From: the human T2T-CHM13v2.0 reference genome, Homo sapiens
DNA: 64,000 nt
Direction: 5' to 3' (one strand)
Assembly: GCF_009914755.1 (NCBI RefSeq)
Contig: NC_060926.1
The notes beneath the pieces were generated by a model, which did not search any database, was not told where the DNA came from, and saw only the letters and a program-made list of their open reading frames with translations. Each line of letters begins with the position of its first letter. Position 1 is the stretch's first letter. Positions 50,137-64,000 of this stretch are shown here, in pieces. A program made the translations under genes and the position numbers.

Positions 50137-50530
50137 CTATATAAACGGGTTTACCATCCTTTTCTCCTTTAGTATTTACTTTTCTTAATCTCACGTCAAG
50201 TTCTGCTTTACATAAAAAAGCCTCACAGTTTACAAAGCTCTTTCCCATATATGGTCTTAGAAATCCTGTAGATACCATCAAAAGCATCTTGGAGAGGTAG
50301 TGCAGTACTGGAGAAGCAACACAATGAGAAGACCTGGGCTTGAATCCTAGCTTTTACTAGCTGTATGACCTTAGGGATATGTAGCTAAAACTGCAGAAGA
50401 AATAAAAATGAATATGTGTCTAAAATTATAGAAGAAATAAAAAATGAAAATATTTTTAATGTTTTTAAAATGCCTACAACTTTGGATCACACAAATGACC
50501 AAGCTGATAAACCTTAAAAATTCAAAATAT

Positions 50531-50957
<427 letters not shown>

Positions 50958-51218
50958 GATCCCACTTTCTGACTTTGGCCACTGCACTGAGGGGGATATT
51001 CTGGCAGTGTCGTTATCACTGGGGAAACGAAGGCCAGGGAGCATTGCCTTATGGGCTGTGACTGTTTCTTCAGCTGCTTTCACATAAGCTTTGACAGCCT
51101 GCCCCCTGAGCAGGAAGGACAGGGATGGCTGTCACCGGCAGGCCCAGGCCCAGCCCCTCAGCCAGGTAGGGTGGCCGGAGGATGCCAGGCAGCACTGGCT
51201 CCCCAGCCTGGGGCTCAC

Positions 51219-51401
51219 CGCTCTCGTCCAGGTCCTCCAGGCGCACTGTCTGGTGGGGCACGGGGCCATCCACAACTCGCTCCAGGATGCCTTGGACCAG
51301 GGCTGGCTGGTTGCCTGGGCAAACCCTGAGGTGCTCCCCACCGCAGGTAGTTCAGGCCTTGGCTGTCCTCACAGGAGAGTTCCACCAGGATGGTGATGCG
51401 G
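51219..51401 (-). pseudogene. Isolated unprocessed NOS2 (inducible nitric oxide synthase) exon, reductase FAD-binding/connecting region, with a 1-nt frameshift
   Basis: Translates [19 protein letters not shown] / [40 protein letters not shown]; recalled human NOS2 is [60 protein letters not shown]; acceptor cttctttttccttcccaAG, donor G|GTGAGC. Confidence 0.92.
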
Positions 51402-51425
51402 CTTGGGAAGGAAAAAGAAGCCTCA

Positions 51426-51617
<192 letters not shown>

Positions 51618-52047
51618 ATACTGGTCATAGGGACACCAGAAATCAACTGGCTGGCCAGCACCTAACATTAAAGGTCCTGCCAAGCAGAGATATTTTTTAG
51701 CTGAATCATATTTTCTTTCTGGAATTTTAGACATGCAAGTACTGAGATAACGAAGGGGTTACTATCTGGGGCAAAAGCTGAAAGGATACAGAAAGATGAA
51801 AATCATGAGGAAGAGCTGAACACAAAACCAAGAGACAGTCAAAGAGCGTAGCCAGTTCCAGAACCCACAGCCATCTAGTTCTGGGTAGGCTCTGCTCTAA
51901 TTCACGCTTTTCCTAAGATCCTTGAGAAAATACAAATGACTGCTTTGCAATAAAAGCCTAACTAAAACAACTTAAATTGATTGCCCAGGCTCTCACAGGT
52001 AAAACCAAGATTTGGTGACTAACAATGAGGAAGATAAAAGAAATAAG

Positions 52048-52220
52048 AGGAGGGGGGAGGAGGGAGGGATAGCATTAGGAGATATACCTAATGCTAAATG
52101 ATGAGTTAATGGGTGCAGCACAGCAACATGACACATGTATGCATATGTAACAAATCTGCACGTTGTGCACATGTACCCTAAAACTTAAAGTATACTAATA
52201 ATAAAATTAAAGAAAAAAAG
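52048..52220 (+). mobile_element. Short L1PA 3' end (L1PA3-like)
   Basis: gggatagcattaggagatatacctaatgctaaatg...gtaccctaaaacttaaagtata followed by an A-rich tail. Confidence 0.9.
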
Positions 52221-53376
52221 AGACTCCCACACCACTTGTGCACCCCAATCAGAAGCCTGATACCCATCCCCACATGGACAGCTGCACAGGCCCTTGGGCT
52301 CCACATGCTTGTGAACACACATGTACTCTCAAGTAAGGACACGGGTTCTTGGGCATCAAGTGGTATGTGGACAGGCTCCTTTGCCCATGACTGGGTATTT
52401 CTGGCAGTTTCCTGTTGTTATTCTCTTTGATCTTGTAATGGCTTTTGGGACCCCCACTTCTCCAGTCCCAGGGCTCAGAAGCCCACCAGGCTTTCCGATG
52501 CTCTCACTAAGTGTTGGCTTCTTGAGCAAGAAGGGCTAGGTCAGGGGGTGGGGTCTGGTTTTACTCATCTCTGAGTCTAGCCTCTAACCCACTGCTTGAC
52601 GCAGAAAAGGTACCTGGTGAAAATCTATTAAAATCAATGACTGATTTCGCCCAATTTGGAGTGAGACATGCCTGTACAGTCTCAATGTCTGGAGAGCTTT
52701 ACAAACCCCAGGGGACACCAGGAAAAAAAAAAAAGAAGAGGAAACAATTTAAAATGATTAGGGTTTCTAGATGGGGAACTAGAAGAGATGATGATGCTAC
52801 TGAGGAAGAGAAATATGGTGTGAAGAGGAGGTTGATTTGAAGAGATACTGAATTAAGTTTTGGACATTTCAAGTCTGAAACGTCTGCGTACTATCTATGA
52901 GGAGATTGGAAAATCCGCAATTCAAAAAGCATCACTTAATACATGGTAGTCTAAGCCGCAGAAACACAGGAGTATCAAAAGACAAGTCAAACCCAAGTGC
53001 TCTTTGACAAAGCTGATGGCATATAGACAGACAAGACCTTCATAATGGAGTAAATGGACGCTCTGCCCTGATGTACTGTGTACTCATCTGTCCTGGAGCT
53101 AGGCTTCCCACCAGGCGAAAATGAAGGCCAGGAAGAACTCCAGTAGGTCTAAGTAAGAAACTAAAAGGATTGAAAATCTGAAACTGACAGTGCCATATCC
53201 CCCAGAAAGAGAACGAAAGAAAAAAAGAAAATCTCAGATTTACTCCTTACACAACTTTATAGGTCACAAAACATTTTATAGGAGAGGTAGACAGTTTTCA
53301 TAAGCACACACCCCAGCTTTAACATATGAAGCAACAGATTTGGAAAAATAAACTTATCTAAGATTATGCAGCTAAA

Positions 53377-53690
<314 letters not shown>

Positions 53691-53938
53691 TGCAGCTAAT
53701 AAGCAGCAGAGCTGAGAATCCTTAGCACTCTCAAGCCACAAGACTCAACAGGTTTCATGGAAACCAAACTGATTGCATCTCACTGAAGTATCTACAGCAG
53801 GTCCAATCTGCTTTCCTTTAGCTTTTTCTAGATCACCACAGAGAAGGAATACAAATATAACAGTTTCTGATCCTGAAAAAAAACCAACCCAACTTTGTTT
53901 TCCAGAAATCTTTGCTATTTGTAAACTAGTCAGATTTT

Positions 53939-54235
53939 AGACTGGGCATGGTGGCTCATGCCTGTAATCCCAGCACTTTGGGAGGCCGAGGCAGGTGGAT
54001 CACGAGGTCAGGAGATAGAGACCAACCTGGCAAACACAGTGAAACCCTGTCTCTATTAAAAATACAAAAAATTAGCTGGGTATGGTAGTGTGCACCTGTA
54101 GTCCCAGCTGCTAGGGAGGCTGAGGCAGGAGAATGGCGTGAACCCGGGAGGCGGAGCTTGTAGTTAGCCAAGATTGAGCCACTGCACTCCAGCCTGGACG
54201 ATAGAGCGAGACTCTGTCTCAAAAAAAAAAAAAAA
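53939..54235 (+). mobile_element. Alu (AluSc/Y-like)
   Basis: Sense Alu with poly-A. Confidence 0.92.
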
Positions 54236-54386
54236 TTTAAAGAGGAGGGGACACACATCTTCTACCTTCCTCACCAATGTTTGCTTTTTACTTACACAAA
54301 AAAGGGAAAGTAAAAACATCCTGGTTGTATTAAAGGTTGGGGTTAGAATGCAAATATGGTTCATCTCAAGTACAAAAGAAAATTAA

Positions 54387-57233
<2,847 letters not shown>

Positions 57234-58369
57234 AAAAGAAAATTAAAATTATCTTAGGCAATTTAGAAATAGCAACTGAGATGAGAGCTGGAGAGAGGCC
57301 TTTCATGGGAAGGTGAGAAGGGGTTACTTAGAATTGCTAAAGGGCGGGGGAAGGGGAGGTTCAACACAATTTTCTTATTTTCTTGATTCCCTAATGCTCC
57401 AGTCCTTTGGACTTCTTGGTCTTAAGGCTATCTGAAGGACCTAATTAGACAAGTTTCCCATCTTCCACTGATTCTTCACCGCCTCTCCACTATTTCTCAA
57501 CCTCAGTTTGTTTCCTACACACTGCCACCTGTGGCCAGCAAATTGACTAACAATGTATGTCTACTAACTTAATGGTCATGGATGTTAAACACTGTTAAAT
57601 CCAGGAAACTGGTAAAGATTAAGTCTATAGCTAATGAGTGGCAGAACTAAGTCTAAACATGATCCTTGAGATTCCAAAATCAGTGGTCTCTATACGTATC
57701 ATGTTGTCTCTAAGGCTCAATGACCATGAATGTATGTTATGGTAAATGGGACCAAATAATGTCACAGAAGAGTTTTCAAAAGGAAGGTAAAATGAGGCAA
57801 GAAAAAAAGACAATGATAGGGAAGGCAATGCAAGCATCATATCTATTATTAAGGAAGAGCTCACAACATTTCCAGAAAGGCTTTCTAGGAACCAGCCTCG
57901 ACTGAGGGCAGCACGAACAAGCACCATTTTCCAGGCCACCCCTTGCACCATCTTCATGATTTCCCACCACCCCTTTGAATTATTTTCTAAATCACCCTGA
58001 TGCTGTCTTACACAGCATATTTTTAAAAGTTCTCAGAAACAGGCTCTTACAGTTTTATTTCTTCTTTTAAAAAAAGTTCCCGCTTATCATGTTGTACTAT
58101 TTAATCAGAATATACTTGAAAACAAAAGATGCTTTGTGGTTTTTTGACTCTTGGTAATTAATCCATTGTAGGCAGTATTTAAAAAAATGATGTAGGACAG
58201 GGAAACCCCTATGAAATGGGTAGTCTGAAAAGCAGTTACTAGATACTGACCATCATTTTAGGAAAGGCAGGCTATTTAAACCCACTGTATGCTCCCAGGT
58301 AAACTTGTCTTCAATTCTTGTTAAGTCAAATATGAAAAACCAAACTTGCCGTCTCTATAATTGCTATCA

Positions 58370-58717
<348 letters not shown>

Positions 58718-59019
58718 CTATGACTATTCTAAGAGAACTATTGGATGAGGATATTAACCATAGGATTGTTTTTACTCATGACATTTTTGTCCCAGACAGA
58801 AGTTTATGATTTTTGAATGAATTCATTTTATCAATCTTTTCCTTTCTAGCTTATGGATTTTGAATGGATGAAAAAGGCCTTGCTTTGCCATGCTGTTTTG
58901 ATTGATGGGAGTTTATCCTCACAAATGGTATGAAGATATTTTTCCAGATCATTACTCAGTTTTATCAACACCATTTATTGAAAGTCCAACCTAATCTCCT
59001 TGATTTCAAATACTCAACA

Positions 59020-59286
59020 TGTACAGATTTTTCTTTGTTGTTATTCCTTAAACAATATGGTATAACAACTATTTATATAACATTTATATTGTATTAGATA
59101 TTATAAGTAATCTAAAAATATTTAAAATATATGGGAGGATGTGCATAGTTTATATGCAAATACTATGACATTTTGTATCAGGGACTTGAGTCTGTGGATT
59201 TTAGTGTTCATGGGAGTGAGATGTGGGCAGGAGTTTGGGGGGTGGTTCCTGGAACCAATCCCTGACAGATACTGAGAGACGACCGT
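59020..59286 (-). mobile_element. MER2-like Tigger MITE fragment
   Basis: gtataacaactatttatataacatttatattgtattag ... cctggaaccaatccc...gatactgagagacgaccg|TA. Confidence 0.75.
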
Positions 59287-59803
59287 ATTATAAAGCTCGG
59301 CTTTGTCAAAGAAACATATGTAAATGCTTATTATACAGTCCATAGTGTTTAATCACTTTCTGATATGTGTCAATAAGTATTTATCATTAAAGTAGACTTA
59401 ATTACTTCCTTTTTTTGTCTATCTCTGGTGTTTGAATCAGGAAATCAATTGTTTCTTAGACTCAACACAATGAGTTTCTCAAATAATACCTTTATCTATC
59501 TAATCATAACATAAATGCAATCTGAGGCTTTATGTATCTTATTTCCCAATAACTGTAGACTATTCTTCATAAACTGACAGCAATAACTTCCCAAACATAC
59601 CGCTCTCGCACATTTATTTTTCCTGAAAGTCTATCGGTCAAGAAAAAGTAGTAATAAAGATTAGTGTCTTTACATATTTTGAACACAAAAGTTTTACATC
59701 TAAAAAGTTTAAATACACATAAAATACAAGTATAAAGCTGTAATGAAGTAGTTACAATTCTCACAGTAAAACCCACTAATATTGGAAAGTCATTTTTTTT
59801 TAC

Positions 59804-59887
59804 CTTGTAAGACATTTTACATCATCATCTGCTGCTTGGTTTGATGTTCCCATAACCCAGTCTGTCAGGTATTCCACCATCTTATTC
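59804..59887 (-). pseudogene. NF1 pseudo-exon 24 (legacy 19a), NKMVEYLTDWVMGTSNQAADDDVKCLT
   Basis: 84 nt, tAG / AAG|GTAAAA boundaries. Confidence 0.93.
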
Positions 59888-60358
59888 CTATAGAATGGTG
59901 GAGAAAAGAGAAACAGCAAACAATTTTTTTGAAGTCACACCTCACCCCCACACACACACCTTTAGTCATGTAAGATTACTTACAGTGCAAATAATTTGGC
60001 AGATAACCCAGGTGACATGACGACTTTATAAAAGAGATACTGCTATCATAGATGTAAAAGCCAGAAGGAACAAGCAACGTGGATATTTATCCTCCATCAT
60101 GGCCCTTAGTTATGCTATCAGATTGGAAACAGAATCAAATTCTTAGCTCAAGTACAGCAGAGTTTTAGAAAAAGGGAGGCTTGCCACAGGCACAAAGCTT
60201 AGGGAAATCTGAGGAGAGACATAGAGAAAAACAAACATGTAAACTGCTCTCTTTTTATGTCTTCCTTTCTACCAGTAACCAGATATCTACTCTATTTCTG
60301 TACTTCATTGAACAAACTAAGATTTACAAGACCCTACATTGCTCTTTTGAGAACTCAC

Positions 60359-60504
60359 CTAAATTTTATCTCTTGGCAAAATGAGAGGTCATCTCTCGGC
60401 AAAATGAGAGGTCATCTCTCCTTGCCATCGTTACTTCAACCAACTGACACAGTTTCGTTTTTATTTGAATTGCATGGACCATATTCCCAAGCACACAAAC
60501 GTAC
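60359..60504 (-). pseudogene. NF1 pseudo-exon 23 (legacy 18) with a 23-bp internal duplication
   Basis: 146 nt = recalled 123 + 23; tatAG / TAG|GTGAGT boundaries. Confidence 0.93.
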
Positions 60505-60795
60505 CTATACAGACATAGAGACAATAAAAAAATTATCAGATACAGACATAAGATAAGGCATTCAAAATACTTTAATCATCAAATAAAACGAACTAAATGT
60601 AAGTTTGAAAACAGTAAGATATTTATTTGTAGGAGAGCATACACAATTTCTGGTTACCTTATTTTCACACCGTTTGTGTGCAGTAAAGAATGGCAAATTA
60701 TTTTATCAATTACTATCAATATCAATGTGTGAGAGGTTTTTCTTGTCTCTTAAATCTTAAAGTATGTTTCTGCTACATTTCAGTAGAAGGCTTAC

Positions 60796-60935
60796 CTGAC
60801 CAGATTTAACATCATTGTTTCAATGCTAGCTTGCTCTAGATGTTCAGGGCTGCCTTCAGTATGATTATCTAGCAAGTTCTTCATTATATCTAGGGTTTGC
60901 TCTACAAATTGAGTATTGGTATCAGTCAATAAAAC
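60796..60935 (-). pseudogene. NF1 pseudo-exon 22 (legacy 17), VLLTDTNTQFVEQT...
   Basis: 140 nt, tatAG / CAG|GTAAGC boundaries. Confidence 0.93.
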
Positions 60936-61312
60936 CTATAGAGAGAACAAATATATTAATGATTTGCCATCAATGCCCAGAAGACAGATCCCTAGAGAGA
61001 TGAAACTGACTGATCTAAACACACAAATAGAGACATGCACCCACAGGCACGCAGTCAAACAGGCACACAGATATACACAGACACTCATACCCATATACAA
61101 GGCACGTATACCCTCAGGCACACATACACATCAGAGTTCCTAGAAGCAAGCTGACCATTCATTGAGATGATTCTTCTTTCTACAATTTTTTGACAATTTT
61201 TAAAAACTGTGAGTACCTAATTTAAATACTCTGAAAGAAACAGCCTTCATTATTTCAAACAAGTCACTCTATTCATAGGGAAAGGTGAAAAATAAAAAAG
61301 AGCACACTTTAC

Positions 61313-61753
61313 CTGTCCTTAGGAGTCAAAAAACTTGCTGATGGGTCTTCTTCAATTTGTTAAATAGCATCAGATAAAGAGCAGGACTCAATTCTAGACC
61401 CACCAGGTCCTTATCATTGGTCGGTATTTGAAGTCCCACTTTCTCAAGGTTACACACCATTAACGACAAGAGCTGATCCATATATTTGCTGACAGGTGTA
61501 TCTGCGTTTCCCTCTGAGGACATCACTGAAATCATGGAACCCTTATGTTCACTGACCGGACCCACAGGTGGGCTATAGGTTGGCAGGCCAGAATTACTTC
61601 TCTGCTGGAGGCACACTCCCCCAAGGGCACAAAGGAAGCCAGTCATGTTGATCCATGCCTGTAGGGAGTCTGTGTCAGACAGATCTATGGGTCCTCCTCC
61701 ACTCACATGGGACATTCGCCTCTTAACAATGGTCTTGTGAAGCTTTCAACAGC
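61313..61753 (-). pseudogene. NF1 pseudo-exon 21 (legacy 16)
   Basis: 441 nt; ORF 61326..61715 MSHVSGGGPIDLSDTDSLQAWINMTGFLCALGGVCLQQRSNSG... is neurofibromin; frame breaks near both ends. Confidence 0.96.
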
Positions 61754-61984
61754 CTAAACACAAAATTTTTGTGCAAAGCATGAATTAAACCTAAATTAGT
61801 TGAGACTTGACAAATTACTCGTTATCCAACATTTCGTCCGTGACAAAAGTACAAAAAAATGTAAAAAATACATTAAAATCAACCCCCTAAATTACCATAT
61901 ACATTTTTAAAGAGCCACTGATTTATTTTTGTCATACAGTAATATAATTGCCCAAGTATCAAATTTCTTTTAAAAAGCTTTGAT

Positions 61985-62335
61985 TTCACATGGATGAACC
62001 TTGGGAACATTATGCTAAGTGAAAGAAGCTAATCATAAAAGCCCACATATTCTAAAACTCCATTTACAGAAAATATCCAGAATAGGCAAATCTATAGAGA
62101 CAAAGTAGACTCCTGGTTGCCCAGGGTTGGAGAGGCGGGGGGAAGTGAGACAAGAAAGTGGGGGAGTTGTTAGAGGCAGAGATAGCTAAAGGATACAGAG
62201 TTTTTTTTCTCAATTGATGAAATTGTTCTGAAACTGATGGTGGTGATGGTTGCACAACTCTGTGAATATGCTAACAACAGTCACTGAATTGGACACTTTG
62301 AATGGGTGAATTGTATGGTATGTAATTATATATTA
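61985..62335 (+). mobile_element. L1MB-like 3' end fragment
   Basis: acatggatgaacctt...tatccagaataggcaaatctatagagaca...ggtgatggttgcacaactctgtgaatat. Confidence 0.8.
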
Positions 62336-62825
62336 TAGTAACAGTTATCCCCCAAAAGCTTTCATTCTAAAGCTACATGTCCCCTCCAAATAAAGGTATT
62401 AGGTACACAATTTTGCTTCACTAAAATATAACTTTTTTCTTATTGTAATTAAGCATGACAGAAAAATAACATGGGGGAAGAGCCAGTTTTTATAAATCTC
62501 CTAATAATGAGAGCAATATGAGCATTATAAATCATATACACACAAACACCAACTCATCAATTTCCAAAGCAACAGATAATACAGTCAATAGTAATAGTTG
62601 AATGAACTGTCCACATTTTAAAATTTCATTTAATCTATGGGCTCAATCTTCTGCCCAAGACATTCCTTAATTAGAATACCTAACAAAATGGCAAAATGAA
62701 TTGTTCCCATGTTAATTTTTCTCTACCTCTGTTGCTCCTTTTCTGAAAATTCTGTGAAACACCCTGATGAAGGGAGAAAGAGCAAGAAAAGATAAAGAAA
62801 TGGTCTCTGCAACAAACAGTCTCTA

Positions 62826-63032
62826 GCAGTGCTGCCCAGTATTTCTGTGATGATGGAAATACTTTCTCTCTCTGCTGTCTAACAGAGTAAGTAATTGTCA
62901 TATGTGGCTACCGGGTACTTGCAATGTGGCTACTATATGACTGAGGAACTAAATTGTATTTAATTTTAATTATGTTAAAATTTAAGTTAAATAGTCACAC
63001 GTAGCTAGTGGCTATCATATTACAAAGTACAG
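62826..63032. mobile_element. MER3-like hAT-Charlie MITE
   Basis: ttctgtgatgatggaaat...atgtggcta...gactgaggaactaaatt...gctagtggcta. Confidence 0.7.
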
Positions 63033-63170
63033 GTCTAGACAAACCACAACTAAATAACAGTCTTCAGACAACTATATGCTTATTTTACTGAGTGACTCGT
63101 GAAAGATTACCAAAGTGAAGTACATATATTTAGATCAGTTAATAGACAAAAGGCAACTTTACAAACTTAC

Positions 63171-63254
63171 CTGGCCATCTTCCACTTGGGCTTTTGGATA
63201 GCTAAGGATTAGTTTTGTTGCTTGTTCCCATTTTGCATGTGTATCTTCCCAAGC
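63171..63254 (-). pseudogene. NF1 pseudo-exon 20 (legacy 15), AWEDTHAKWEQATKLILSYPKAQVEDGQ
   Basis: 84 nt, ttttAG / GTAAGT boundaries. Confidence 0.93.
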
Positions 63255-63488
63255 CTAAAATGAAGACAGTTATCACTTGAAAGCAACTTTAAGTCTAGAG
63301 CTAAACATCAATCAGCAACAGCCAAGCTTGAAACTTGATATATATTAAGTACTCAGATATTGTACTTGCGATATGCACATATCTTGGATTTACTTCAAAA
63401 GCTATTCCTCATCACACATATGTAACAAGAGGCTTCCAAAATTGAGGGTGGGCGCCTGAGAGGGGTGTTTCTGTTGCTAAGGGCACAC

Positions 63489-63561
63489 CTCAGTGTTTCC
63501 TGCAGTGGGATGCTCAGTGCGCCTCAGCAGTGCCATCACTCTTTCTGAAGTGCTGCTGTTC
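63489..63561 (-). pseudogene. NF1 pseudo-exon 19 (legacy 14)
   Basis: ttAG|gaacagcagcacttcag...ggaaacactgag|GTgtgc; 73 nt versus recalled 74 nt. Confidence 0.9.
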
Positions 63562-64000
63562 CTAAGCAACTACAACAGCCAATCAAGTCACTGCACTTAG
63601 AGCCCTGCCTGCCAATGGAGAACCTGATAAGCCCCACCCAAAAGGCAGAGTAGGAGGAGCAGAGCAAATGCCTCAAGTGATAAAGCCAAAAACTTCGTTC
63701 ACTAACCTCACAGGAAAGGTACTTATCTTAGACTCTACAATGTCCACAGCACAAAATAGCCATTCCCACCTATAATTTACTCATGGAGTTATCCATAACT
63801 CCATATGTAAATTACATAGTCATAACTGATAGTAACATATACTGCCAGTTAGTTTTAAAATGTATAGCATATTAAAAACTCAGTGGGAGACTCACAATTT
63901 ATTTCAAATGCTTTTTATTTTCATCCTACTTTGTTCAGAAAAGGATTTCAAGTAAGCTACTTGAATTTCCCCTGTAAACTTACAGAATAGTAACCTTAAA

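Overview
Primate, almost certainly human, genomic DNA; the gene content fits chr2q21.1 (placement from recall, not from a search). Bases 1-19.8 kb hold the 3' end of PLEKHB2 (evectin-2) on the + strand: three coding exons, a ~3.1 kb 3'UTR and an ATTAAA poly(A) signal. A GC/CpG-rich intergenic block follows (about 21-27.8 kb), then a densely nested repeat field (28-46 kb: old L1M elements, two oppositely oriented Tigger1 copies, many Alus). The last 17 kb is a mosaic, duplication-like block: a processed NEK2 pseudogene, an isolated NOS2 (iNOS) exon flanked by truncated Alus, a 5'-truncated L1PA, and an unprocessed NF1 pseudogene with exons 19-24 followed directly by exon 36. All three pseudogenes are on the - strand. 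I see no evidence for a new protein-coding gene or a new biological system. The most notable items are the orphan NOS2 exon in a co-oriented, splice-competent NF1-NOS2-NEK2 array, two L1 3' transductions, an L1 fragment captured inside Tigger1, and several recent local duplication or fold-back scars. Exon and target-site duplication (TSD) coordinates were read base by base. Repeat boundaries are approximate, and subfamily names and reference exon numbers or lengths are from memory.
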